Origin: Marsupella aquatica
Lineage: Eukaryota > Plantae > Marchantiophyta
NCBI GenBank assembly: GCA_973895155.1
Contig: OZ316893.1
Coordinates: 16,336,645 to 16,400,644, forward strand
Direction: 5' to 3'
Length of the DNA: 64,000 nt
Shown here: positions 48,683-61,127 of the stretch, piece after piece
Layout: each line of letters opens with the position of its first letter
Position numbering within the stretch: the first letter of the stretch is position 1
Program-made: the position numbers and the translations under genes
The notes under the pieces: generated by a model
Seen by the model: only the letters and a program-made list of their open reading frames with translations
Database searches by the model: none
What the model was told of the DNA's origin: nothing

Positions 48683-49110
48683 TCAAGGGCTCGCTGCCTT
48701 GTACGCATCGGAGTCAGAGTCGGAGACTGTATCATAGTCGGAGGAAGCGAGGATGTTTTCCATGAAATAGTCATGGATCTCGCGGTCCCTCCAGTATGAC
48801 TCCTCCTCTTCTCTCTTCCGCTTCTCTGATACCCCCTTACAGATAGGCGCTTTCGAACGAGAAGACAGTTGTGTCTGGGAGACCGGCTTCGTCAATGTCT
48901 CCTTACAAGGTGCGGTCATCTTGTAGTCCTTGGAAACGACGGGAGCCTTGCTACCGGAAGGGGATGTACTCTTCGGTTCGTTGACAGTACTCTGAGTCTG
49001 CTTCAATTTGGTGGACCTTGGCGGTGAATCCAGTGGACCGTCAGTTTTGGCGTTATATCGCCGAACTTCCAGAATCCATTTACGAGCAACTCCACCCTCG
49101 TTCCGTGCCA
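48683..49110 (-). CDS. Small MULE-borne ORF (~142 aa, basic then acidic), unknown function
   Basis: ATG follows a TTTCAG acceptor. Open frame MARNEGGVARKW...KRKREEEE...DSDSD inside the MULE. Confidence 0.35.
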
Positions 49111-50535
49111 TTTCTCCCTGAAACGAAAACAAATGCGATAAGATTACTTGCAATCTTTCGAAAAGTCTACTTATGTTGAGTAACAAGAAAGCGAATGACA
49201 ACGAATACCTGAGAGAACACCAAACTGCAGGTGGACAACATATGATAGAGAACGGGGATACCTCAATCCGGATCCGAGCGGCAAATGTATGCTCCTTGTG
49301 ATCAACCAGGAGCTCAATGTAATGCTTTGACGATAGTAACAACAGTTTCCAGGATGACAGTAGCTTCGACGACAGTAGCAGAGGTCACGGAAGGGCTTCA
49401 ACACCCGAGAACACAACAAGCGAATCGCGCTTCGAGTAAGCGTCGAGCACAATGAGAGTCCAAAAGAATGGCCGAAAGGAAATGAATGGAAATGTTTCTG
49501 AAGGAGCAAGTAAGATATAGGGGATGTTGGATAGCTGGAGATCCTTCCCAACGGATTGGGATCTTGTCTGTTGGTTGTATTTAGATCTTGTCTGTTGCGC
49601 ATTTCACGCTCGGTGGCCGGATGAAGCTTTGGATGTTGTCCTTGGATGCGCTCCCAAGATTGTTTAAGTCAAAGGACATGCTTCCTTGTCCCGTATCATT
49701 ATGATTTATTCACGTCTTTAACGACCGCACGCCAAAGTTCGTGCGAGAATTATGGGTGTCACGATTGCTAGCGATTTCGCTGGCCTGATGTACGTTCCAT
49801 GATGATGGTCACTTATAGGGTCTTTAAGTGGACAGTTGTGCGACGAATACGTGATATGTAAACATGTGCCTTCCATGGTAGCTTTCGTTATAGAGTGGAA
49901 CACTCATTTTTCTGTTTTTGAAAAGGTTGTTTTTGTCCTAGCGAGTTCTAAGTTAGGCTAGCGAGGTGATAACCATGCCAGATTTTGCATATATGGACGA
50001 CAAAATGTTCCGGTGCGAGTAATTTTTTTACTGTTTCCTCGCACCTTACAATGACCCCATAAACCAAACTCTTACCATTTTGGATGGATTTTCCACCCAA
50101 CAAGCATGAGACACGTCAAGCTTGGGTTAACTTGTCTAAACCCAAGTAAACACATACTAAAACAGTGGCATTATTATAAATTCTATAGACACTCAGCAAT
50201 ATTGTAGTAAGCCACATCTTTAGTGGCAATGTAATTCAAACTCGTTACAAAACAATAAACAGTGCTATCCGAGTATCTTTTGATTTCTTAGTCCGTTCAT
50301 TCCGGTTAGTTCACGAACACGAAAACGAAATTTGCTCTGGTTGCAGGACATTCAATGATTTGATGAGGAGATAGCTGTTGTCGTGTGTTACAACATCGTG
50401 AGACACTGACACGTTCCGTAAGTTGCATAAACGAATTTCAGTCTAGCCGGAGAGAGGGACCTACACACTAACACACAAAACTTGCAAGCACACACCGAGA
50501 CAGAATTTCCTTACGAAAGTTGGAGGGGCATCGAA

Positions 50536-52937
50536 ATGATCAGCGGGCGATCGAAACAGTTCGTGAATGTGGTGGACAAGCCTCTTGGAAAAGGAAAGAC
50601 CGAGGTGGGGTTTCGGGTCAAATTGCTGCCTGTCAGTCAAAGTTTCTCTTGCTATCTGCCCCTATGGTGGAATCGAGTACCTATTTTCCCACGAGCAGAT
50701 TCCCTACTCTTAGATCGGTAGATAATTGCGTTTAAGACGGGATTGCTTCTTTGGCTTTTGAGCGGAAGGACACTTCTGAGTACCTGTGATCGTTGGTGAC
50801 TGAGCATTGACTTGGTTGGAGTGCAGGTGAGTTTGAGCGCATTTTCATTTTTGTTCTCAGAGCTGGTCCAGTATAGTCAGACTCGTGTCGATAACATTAC
50901 CGAACTAGAGCGCAGGTATTCTCTCCTTCCCGCATCCCAATCCTTCCTTCCCCATCTAACTCTTAACTACACCCTAGTTTGGCATCTGATTGTTTGCCTG
51001 TCATTCTTCCGTTTTGACTATTGTTTCGTCGACTCATATTTATCGTTTGATGCTGAAGAGCAGGCTGGAAGATGCTGGGTATGGAGTGGGTCTGAGGACT
51101 CTTGAACTCCTGTGCCATCGAGAGAAGGTCTGTTTTTGGGGGATTTTGAGTAATCGCACAAAATTTTACTTGTTACTCAGATAGCACATCTGTCTTGGGT
51201 TTATTCGGTCTTGGGAATCGCATAGCCGGATCTAGGGTTGTCTTTTGACGTTTCATGAACGAGAAGAGGGTATCCATTGAGTGCATTACTTTATAACTCC
51301 AGGGAAACAGAAGGGAAACAAGATTACTTGGAATCCTCTCATTTGTTCACAGTACCGTGTGGAAATGTCTCTTCGGAAAGGTATGCTGTTCTGGACCGTC
51401 ATAAATGTCATTTTCGATGTAAAGCTCTTATTTCTTGAATTGATCTCACTACGTGCTTGCTTAGCATTGGACAGCCAATTTGAGCTCTGTTGTATCTAGG
51501 CTGCTTGCAGGAGGAGGAATGTCTGGTGTTCCCACGTATTCATCAGAGGTTGTTGCTAGACTAATCACGTTTTTCACCGAGGGCAGACGTGAAGTAGAAT
51601 GCTTCATGTGCGGGAGTACTGATGTGGAGACGTAAATTATCCGTTCTGAAGGTTCAATATTTGGAGCGGTGTTCTAAACATACAGTAGTGTCCATTGATA
51701 GGTGGCCGACTCGCTGGAGAAAGGAACCGAGCATGAAGATGAATACATGATCAGTGAGAAAGAGCTTTTAGTGAACAGGTACTTTCATCTGCTTGAAATG
51801 AAGGTAGATGAGTTTGCTGTTCTCGTGTCTCTCAATGGAGAGAAAAATTGGATCCCACTTTTGGTGTCCTCCGGATGATCCTTTAAATCTTGAGTAGAAG
51901 GGTGCGGTGTATTGTGTCCTGCGTTGAGCACTTCTGCCAAGCTAGAGTGTAAGTAAAAGTATTTGTACATTTGAGCCCTCTTGTAAAACTGGTTTTGTGG
52001 TATCCTCTACAGGGCTCTTTTTGTGAAGAGATAGCATAATCTACATTTACTCATCAATTGGAGCCTGATGTGATTGCAAACTGCTGCGTGTTTTGTTTTT
52101 GAAACCTGCGAATTTGTTGCTTTGTTTAGCTCAAGATTATGATCCAGTCGCTTGGAGTCACTAATTGTGGAATTGTCCAACTTTAGCTTTGTTGTGGATT
52201 CCATTTCGGTTATGCTTACCAACCAGAGATTATCTTGGCCAGATTCATCTCTGTTCCTAAGGATATGGGAGCTTTCAATTGCGGAGCTTTTGTGGCTGGA
52301 GTTGTGAAGGTCAGGGGGTCCTTAACTTACTCTTATATGCTCCATTTCAGTGCTTCATTGAAATAGTCCATTTAAAGACTAGTAGCTTGCGGTCTCGTAC
52401 AGAATGTGGATCAAAATGTCTGATTTCTTTGGGCGCTGTGGCGCCCTGTGACAGCTAACCCATTTGTATAAATCGAACTCTCTTCTCTGGTCAGTCTATG
52501 GTTTATCTTTTCATTTGTTCTAGGTAAATCACAGGACTGTTAGCCACATTTCAGAGGTGTTTAAATGTTGGACAGCTCTTAATGGTTGTTATGTTCTTAC
52601 TGCAGGGTGTTCTAGACAGTGCAGGTTTTCCAGCCAGGGTCAGTGCACACTTTGTAGCTGTTGAAGGACAACAAAGACCCCGGACTACCATTCTTATCAA
52701 ATTTGGAGAAGAAGTAAGACCTTGGATATCGCAAACATGCGTCTATGTGTCGTCCAGGTCTAAGGATTTGAGTCTCTTCCAGTCTAGTAAAGAGACTTCT
52801 TGACCCCAGGTTTCTTGTTACAATTGCTCGCTTGATTTTTAAGTAGCGTCTTTATTGATGAATTAGAATCGACTAAGCTGTGCTCAAATGTGTCTGTCAC
52901 ACTGCAGGTGCTTCAACGCGAATCTCGGCTGGGTTAG
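50536..52937 (+). CDS. TRAPPC5: Trafficking protein particle complex subunit 5 (TRS31), 193 aa, 8 exons: 50536-50604, 50827-50915, 51064-51127, 51303-51380, 51702-51778, 52243-52309, 52606-52713, 52908-52937
   Basis: All introns GT-AG and in frame. [75 protein letters not shown] and GFPARVSAH are characteristic of Trs31. Confidence 0.96.
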
Positions 52938-53769
52938 CTAGAGTCTACGAGAGATGGAAATTGAAATTTCTTATCCTGCAGATTAGAACATCACTGGCAA
53001 CACAACAAACTAATTGGCGCTGGAACATTTTCAGTTCTTGCTTCCAACGACATGTCTTGCTAACCACACTTTAGAGCAAGCATTCGATGAAATATTCTGC
53101 TGTGGTAGATCAGTGTGGTACTCGCCTAAGGTTGCCAAAAGTGGTGCAATGCACGTTCTAAAGGTTGATTAGACCTTATATTTCTGTAGTAATTTGTCAA
53201 ACGGGGGTGTTTAAGAAGCTTAATTCGCAATCATGAACCCTTGGTTAAGCAATGATGAAAGCCTCGACAAGAGCAGCAAGGTAACCATGATCCATTCCAG
53301 TGTGTAGCAGCTCACCATTCGAAAGAGCCATTAATCTTATTTAAGAGGTTATGGAGATTTTGCCAGTACGGAGGTCACTATCATTTTGTACCGAGCAATG
53401 TTTGAACCATTTGTAACTCTACTGGAATTACATACGTGCTAATGAATTTCGAACTCCGCATCCCGGTACCCACAGGCATGCTGATGCACGTCGAGAATTC
53501 TCTCCTCTCCAAGTGACAACGGAAGTTCTTATTGGAACGGTTTTTTTGTTTTGTCTAAAGTTTAGGAGAGAATCTGAGAGAATCTGAGAGAAATTGGCAA
53601 ATCAAATGATGCATTGTGGAATCTATCTCTTTCCGATGGAAATGCTCATAGGACAAGTAAGATTATTACAAACTTAAGGGAGACCCAAACCTGGAGGGAA
53701 CTCTAGTCCACCCTGAATATTCAGTAAATGTAGATTTCTTTAAACCTCTAAAGCACTCAGAACCATAAT

Positions 53770-54200
53770 AGTTATTTGTAATACTGATACTCTACAGTAC
53801 TCAGCAGTACTACAATAATTCTCTCTAATATAATCAAAATAGTACCTAATTCTGTACAGTACCAATAATCTAGTACCTAATACCTAGCATTATGTAACAC
53901 TATATTTTTATAGTACTCAATACATATTCACAATAATATTCTCTGATATAATTAAGATCGTACCTAATTCTATAGAGTACTAAGAATCTAGTACCTAATA
54001 CCTAGCATTATGTAATACTATTATTTCTACATTACTCAATACTCTCTAATACCATCATTATCTAATATTATGTAGTACATAATATCACCAATACCTATTA
54101 TTATGTAATACTATGCAATACACAATACCACAAATACCCAATATTATGTAATATTGCATAGTACCAATACATTCTACAATACTAATACTTCCAAGTACCT
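53770..54200. repeat. AT-rich tandem/low-complexity repeat including a ~120-bp duplicated unit
   Basis: AATCTAGTACCTAATACCTAGCATTATGTAA at ~53867 and ~53985, plus recurrent ATTATGTAATA and AGTACC words. Confidence 0.7.
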
Positions 54201-55722
54201 AGTATTTGGGTAATATTAATACTTTCATTGTAATCCCCGGTACCTAGTATTGTGTAGTATTTACCATGGGTGATGAAGTATAGAATCCAGTGTGATTGAT
54301 ACAGTATGGGCATCAGTTGTTGATAAAATTTTGATGCATGGTTGCACCTGTTTCTCTTACCATGCAGGTGATGATCACGAGTCCCCCTTTGTAATTTCTT
54401 GGACGCAATATACAATAGGCAAGATACAAGGACAGAGCTGCTGCAGTAGCCAGAAATAGATTAGGGAACACAAGACCAAATTTGAAGAGGCTTAGATTTG
54501 TCAATATACAAAGTTACTTTAGTGAAATACTTAGTCAATACAGGACCACTTTGTCACAGTACATGACAAGCATGTTAGCAATAGAAGCTTACATTTCCTT
54601 GCCTTGAAAAATTCAAATTGAAATGCATTGAATCTTGTGTTATATCAAAATATCTTTCATTGGACACAATAGAATGAGTGTATGTTAAAGCTATTCTCTA
54701 GTCACAATCAATGGAATTAATGAGGGTGTCCAACTTCTTGTTAGTAAGTAACAAAATGATTCTTTCATTTTGCTTTTGAGAAGCTAAAGAAAAATTGTGT
54801 AATGTTAGACTGAAAGGTCAGGATAAAAACACATGAATAATATCAGAACCTTGCATTGGATGAAGTGAACAAGAATACGTAAGACAGAATGGTTGCACCT
54901 GTTTTTGGAAACCATTGCCTCAAGAACTAAGTATACAACCAGTGCCTCAAGATGGACCAACTAAGTATGTACAACTGGTGCTGAGACTGGTGCCTCAAGA
55001 GAAACTAAGTATACAACAACCTGAGGTATAATATTCTGGATCGTTGATAACACAAACCTCATTCATTGTATCTTATTCACAAAAAAAGTACAAGTGCACT
55101 CAGACAGTAAGTGTTTTGCATGCTTTGAACAGTCACTCCATTTATTTAATATGCAACTGAAGTCTTTTCCTTTGCAGGGTAAATCCTGTATTACAAGGTT
55201 ACAATATTAGTTCTTGGATTGGAAGTAAGGGTTTAGGAACCCTGAACTGTTGGGGCTTGTAGGAAAATGAGTTAAAAAAATCTGCACATATGACTACTCT
55301 GAAAATTGCTGCAACTCTGTTCCTCTACATTTCCCAACACATCAAAATCCGTGCTCCTTCTATAAGAAGCTCCTACTTCTCCGGATGACAAATTCCAACC
55401 ACAATGTTCTCCAATTGATCCAACAGGACAGATCTACTTGCTCTTGTTGATTCTCTTTCGAGGGTTGGCCGCAACCTAGATAATCTCAGACTCTGGCAAG
55501 GCCACCCAATTATGGGTAGAAATCCCAAGTACAGACAAAATCTCCACTTAAAGTTTCCCATCCTTCACATGCAAAACCACGGCGCACCCACGACATTGCA
55601 AGGCTACAGCCGGGATGTAATTGAGTTGCTCCTGTTCAGTGCAAGCTCTCAGCTCCAAATGTCCTACCCCCAACCACATGGACGCATTGTTGTCAATTTG
55701 AGCCCAAATAGGGGTTGCCTGC

Positions 55723-58700
55723 TGTCACGCCAAAAGATTCGTCCTTACACGGATTTTGGCTTAGGCGGCCATAAGCTCTGTTAGTATTGAGGTTTCGGGC
55801 AAGGAGGGATGTGCTAACTGTACTTTATTCCCGTAACTTGACGCTAACCGCGTCCAATCCTATTCTTACACGTATCACAGGTATGCTTTGTGTTCCACCG
55901 CCGGAACGTACCTTAAGTCGATAATTGGATCAAACCGGCTTAAGGACTTCTAAGCCTTTGCGCTGTCCGCCTCCGATCTGGATCCGATGATACGGGTATC
56001 TAACCCGGGCTTGCAACCACTATCAACAGCCGTCACCCCGTGCACAGCTCATATAATGCGTTCGACCAAGCATTCTCTACCCGTATACGAGATTTATGAC
56101 AACAACAGATTCCACAACATACAATCTCGGTTTACACAAAGGAAATGATGAGGGAAAGACTTTACTTCAAAATCCGTCATACACATATACACAGTTGACT
56201 TGACTTCTTTGGGAATAAACAGGTCCAACGGTAGGAAGGCATACACTACAATGGAGCCCGGCTCCGCACTTGCCCGGCGAGGTTAGTTGTACCCTTACTC
56301 CTTGGTGCTCTTTTATTCACTAAGGTCGGGATTCCCCGCACATCCTATGGATACCCAATTTTGAACCTAAAATCCCCCTACCTCTACTAGGGGGTGCACT
56401 AAATACCTAGAACGGTCACGTGCTCGAATCTAGTCTACTCTAATTTCAGCTAAATGCCAGGCCGCAAAATGGCGTGTCTTTATCCTAAGATTCTATGCTA
56501 AAAGAAAGTTGATAGCGCCGCTAACTAGTTTCGGCGTTTGTCTTCAGTGTCCAATTTCCCCGACTAAACCCATGCTATTCTAAACTTGTCGCGCCACTAA
56601 TGTCTGGCACGTTTGCCAGACCCACCCAAGTGGGACTTGGAGCGGCCGTCCCGTTGCGTCCTCAGCCATTCGGCGTCCTGCTTGAGGATCTAGACTTGGT
56701 CCAGGAGAGACTTGTTCTCTCACTTCACCACGTCCATCTCCTCCGCGGCCTCTTCCAACTGCTGGCCATCGCTCGTCAGCTACGCCACCAATTGGTCCTA
56801 TTTAGCGGCTTTCTATAGAAGCCGTGCCACTTCCGCTTTCAGGGCGTCCACCTTGGCTATATCCCTTTGGGCCGAGCGTCGGCCTCCTCTACGTCCTTCT
56901 GCCAGGTTACGGCTTGCCCTTTTAAGCTGTCAATTTGGGCCCAGAGCCGTAAGATTTTGGCATCCTTTCCGACTCTGGCTTGTACGGCCAAGGCTAACTT
57001 GGCTTTGGCGTCGGTGACCTGGGCTAGAGCGGTCGTAAGCTAAGGCCAGAGAAGTTGCAGCTTGGTATCTCGGTTGGAGGCTTCATCTAAGAGTTGGGCT
57101 ACCTCGACCCGATACCGTTCAATACATGTTGTGGCTTCAGCCTGAGCTCGCCCTGCCTTCACCGCCGCCACCAGCTCCTGGCTGAAGCAATGAGCCACCT
57201 TGCGGGCCATGAACTCCCCCATATCCCGACCAACTTGTTGGGAGAAGTTGCCCAACAACCCATTCAAATATGTGCCCGGTGCAAAGAGTTTCGGGTTCAC
57301 CGGGCTGTGCCCACTTGGGTCAGGGCAGGGATAGACCTCTACCCGAGCAGAGGCCAAAGTCGTTACGTCTAGCCTCGGGGTAGTAAGGGTAGAGGGGGAG
57401 GGGTGTCCAAAAGGGAAAAGGGGATCCACTTGTACAGGCGCGGAGGGTACCACGGTTTCCTCCGGGATCACGGCCTTGGGTTTGGGGCCAGCTTCAACCC
57501 GATTGGCTGTGACTGCATGGGCCTAGTTTTGGGCATCCAGGGTTGCAATAATTGCCGAGTCCGACAGAGAAGAAGGTGCCTCAACAACTGTTTGTGGGGC
57601 CCGGGTGGACACCACTGGCGCTGGACTGCAGCTCTCGGGTTGTGGCCGCCTCTCCTGAGTCGGGAAGACCCACCTGGGCGGGGTGAGTTTGGGCTCGTTG
57701 CATCTCGGGAGGGTATTTTGGTTGAAACGGGCGTACCACTTGATTATGATCTCGATGTGGCTTGCGAGGTACGCCTTCCCCCCAAGATACAAGGTCTTCC
57801 TTCATTGTTCCATCTCCTTGTGGAACTTCTTGACGAAGAAAGAAGCCCACTTCCTAGGCTGGTAGTTCTCAACCTGGATCACCTGGGCGGCGGATATCTC
57901 ACCCCACGGCTCCATCATGTGGATGGCATACCTATGAAACTCCAGCCGCTCTTCAATCTCCGGGATGAGGCATGTCCTCATCAGGAAGCCGTTGTCCACC
58001 AAACCCTTGGCCGGGAAGCTGGATGATTGGTACTTCGCTCCCTTGCCCCACGGGGCTCGTAATTCCACCCGGTTTTGTCCCTCGGGTAGGCCAAAGATGA
58101 GATTCAGTTGGTCCTTGGTTAGGGGCATTACCCGTCCATGCGCACGGGTTTGTTGGCGGCCCTTGTCAAAGTTCTGGATGAACTCCGTCATATCTTGCCC
58201 TAGTATTTTGCAAGTGTTCCAAGGGAGGGTGGCGAGGTGTTCAAACCCTTTGGTCTTTAGGTAAGCTGCATGCTTTGGGTGGAGGATGTTCTTGTGGACA
58301 TTCTCCCCCATGCAATGCATGGTCAACTTGGCCACTATGATGGTGGCCACGGGTAAGCCGGATATTGCAGCCGGCTCCTTCCTCTTCCTTCCCCAAGATT
58401 GGTTCCTGGGGTGGCTCATGGAGGGGGACATCTCCCCCTCTTCCCTATCTGGCGGGGGTCGTGCTACCGCCGTTAGAACTGGTGTCAGGGCCACAACCGT
58501 CACCGTGTTGTCCACCGGGGCTGCCTCTCGGGATCGGGCTTGTGAGGACAGCGATGTGTTACCCGTTCCGGGTTGGTGCATCCCTGGTGGTCTCTGGACA
58601 AGGGGTGGATGAACCTCCTTGTCCTCCAAGCTTATGTTCACCGCGTTTACCATGGATTGTACCCGAGCGGGCGGTGCAACCGGTGGTGGGGAGCGGCTTG

Positions 58701-59633
58701 AGTGAGGCCAAGGCGGCATTTGGCTGCTCCCAAGGAGGATGGGTGTCGTAGCTACTGGTGCCATAGAAGTTGAGATTGAACCGTACACCTAGGTTGTGGT
58801 ATGTCTCGGCTGGGCGAGTGCCTGGGCTTTGGCAAAAATATTGATGAAGTGATGCCGTTGCAGGTCAATGGTCCCTGGAATTTGGAAGACCTTGTCGGGG
58901 AGGTGGAGGATGGCTTCCCGAAGCCAATGTACTTATCTTCGTCGAAGAAGAGTTTGGAGATCTCTTTGTCCTTACAATACTTGCTTTCAAAGTTGAGTCC
59001 AAAGTCACAGATCCAATGGGAACCGCCTAGCAAACGGACTTGGCGTTCAAAATGCTTCTCAATGGCATACCTCTGCGGATTGATATCAGTGAGCAAAGCA
59101 GCAAGATGGCTTCCTATTGGAATTGATACCAAAACTGGACAGCTGAACTGGATAGGATAGGGCCGGTCATATGGCAAGGTGTCCTTGGTTGCTAAGGGAG
59201 ATGGAGGAGCTGTTAGCAAAGCTGGTGTGAGGAGTGAACTGATGATTCAGAGGCGGGGAAGAGCTCGCCTTTTATACCCTTGCGGGGTGTTGACCAATCG
59301 GCCCTCCTGCTTTGATAGGCCTAGTCCCTCATGCTTAAAGTGTACCGACCACTCCTCAGGTCCGAGTCAAGGCGTGTCAGAGGGCCGCCTCCCGAATCAG
59401 CTATATAGATCCAAGGTAGACGGCCATAACGCGCTCGTAATCCGGTGGTACATCTGGCGTAGCACCACCAGTCCGAGCGTGACTGCTCATTATTGACTAA
59501 ACTTGTCCTAAACATCATGACTAGCTAATTTGTGTCGTTATGCTAATAACTATGGATTCCTAAGTCTACTTTGTACGTGCTCAGCATGGGTTAAACCGTA
59601 TTACTCATTACCAGCAGTGCTGGCGGCATCACA
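55723..59633 (-). mobile_element. Family B solo LTR, second copy (3911 bp)
   Basis: Minus strand TGTGATGCCGCCAGCAC...GGCGTGACA. Flanks CCTGC (55718-55722) and CTTGC (59634-59638) form a 5-bp TSD with 1 transition. Homologous to 11826-15748. Confidence 0.85.
56600..59219 (-). pseudogene. Family B LTR-internal accessory ORF, second copy
   Basis: ORFs 58752-59219, 57802-58788, 57523-57792 and 57040-57471 are collinear and homologous to 12277-14881. Confidence 0.7.
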
Positions 59634-61127
59634 CTTGCCCAAACACCGCATCCATGGTCACAACTTCAAAATTGTATGCATTGACACCCTCCACCATGTG
59701 CCCACACACCTCACCTCCAAGCTCCTTTGATAGACCGTAATAGGCTCCATGTCATAGCTGATGTGGGCATGATTTATAAGCAAAGAGCTAGGGATGGGGG
59801 ACGTAAACTCAAAATTCAAGACATGAACCACAACGTCATAAAATGTCTGCTCTGCTTCAATGGCCCTTTCCACTTTGGTCAGGGGAGTCCCCATTTTGGT
59901 GGGTAGTTCAAACCTGCAAAACTGCAACTTGGCAATGATATTCAAATCGATCAGGACCATACCGGATATACTTTAAAACAATCACAAACAATCATTCCAA
60001 GGATTCTGATACCATACTATGCAGGGAATGATACAAACATCTGGAGCTAACGTGTCTTGCAAGAGTGCATGGTTATCATCGCCCACCGCCATGCCTTGTG
60101 CATGCCAGCTAGGATATTATGGTAGTTTAGGTTCATCATTTAGAGGCCATATATGCAAGCTATAGTAGATGTGTTCGGTGTTCCCTAAGCAAGCATTTGA
60201 GATCCTCTTAGTAGCACTTTGGACATGTTCTTGTAGCAAACCCTGGTTGTTCTTGAAGCAAGTTGTCTTTGTTAAGGAGCACTCCAGAGCCAGTATACTT
60301 AGATTGTTCATTGCACATTCACTTTGAACAGTTCTTCTTGAGTCTTAGCTTTGCAAGCACTTGGCTATGCCATGCCAGCACACTCCATGGCACCTCACAC
60401 ATTTGAGGATTGACTATGACTCTTTAGATGCTCCTAGCACATCATGGCATGGTGCTGGTTTTCATATATACTACTCACTCTACATGCTACATACGTATTA
60501 CTCAAGAAGAACCAGCGCGTTGGAGGCAGTCCGAGCTCAATTGGCATCCCTCCAAGGTAAATCAGTACAACCAGCAGGTCATGCATGCTCAACTTGTGAC
60601 TGGTGCTCCTGCAAGTAGCAGGACTACACTGCTACGGTCCTTCTACAACCTCCCTTATGATGCCATGGCTGGAGAGTACGTTTCTGGTCCCACTCCCACA
60701 TCTAATCTTACTAGTGAATTCTCATATTCATTTTGCCCCTCATACTTTGCATACCAGCAAGCTAGTGTGACCACCCGTGCAGCTACCAATCGGAGGGTAG
60801 TCCAAACTGATGGCCTTGCCTCCAGATCTAGTCCTATCACACAGTCTTTGCCAAAAGGTGCCTCAAATCTGAATTCAGTAGGGGGGCATGTACAACAACC
60901 AGGTGCATCACCAAAAGCTAATCATATGGTACAATCTCCATTTCATATTTCAGGCATGGCACGCCAATTTCTCACTACTCCATTGTTTAGTTGCCAAGAC
61001 CTATCTGAGTTGAATGCTAGAGATGTGATTACCTTGCTGGATGGCACACTGAACTCTACATCAGGTCCCTCATCACTACTGTGATGTCTATTATGGAGGA
61101 CCAACATCAGGTTTTGATTGGTCCATC

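Larger units (their letters stand above)
40564..49784. repeat. Dispersed 18-bp palindrome GCTAGCGA-NN-TCGCTAGC
   Basis: Copies at 40564, 40654, 42854 (17 bp), 44020, 44114, 46411, 48291, 48463 and 49767. Half or degenerate sites at 38011, ~46500, 48239, 49938 and 49957. Confidence 0.9.
37976..50057. mobile_element. Mutator-like element (MULE), 12082 bp, at least three genes
   Basis: Perfect 9-bp TSD CATAAACCA at 37967-37975 and 50058-50066. ~27-bp imperfect TIRs GAGGAATTGTACGGTGCGAGGAAACAG and CTGTTTCCTCGCACCTTACAATGACCC. DDE/SWIM transposase inside. Confidence 0.92.

Noticed and set aside
38286-50081. 14-bp inverted match AAAATGGTAAGAGT / ACTCTTACCATTTT as the MULE TIR
   Set aside because: It has no flanking TSD and the right copy lies outside the element. 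The 37976/50057 ends have a longer TIR and a perfect 9-bp TSD.
55230-60100. Degenerate minus-strand coding-like sequence on both sides of the second solo LTR
   Set aside because: The frames are broken and I could not assign any family.
60428-61084. 218-aa Ser/Thr-rich ORF
   Set aside because: No recognisable motif, splice structure or second copy in the window.
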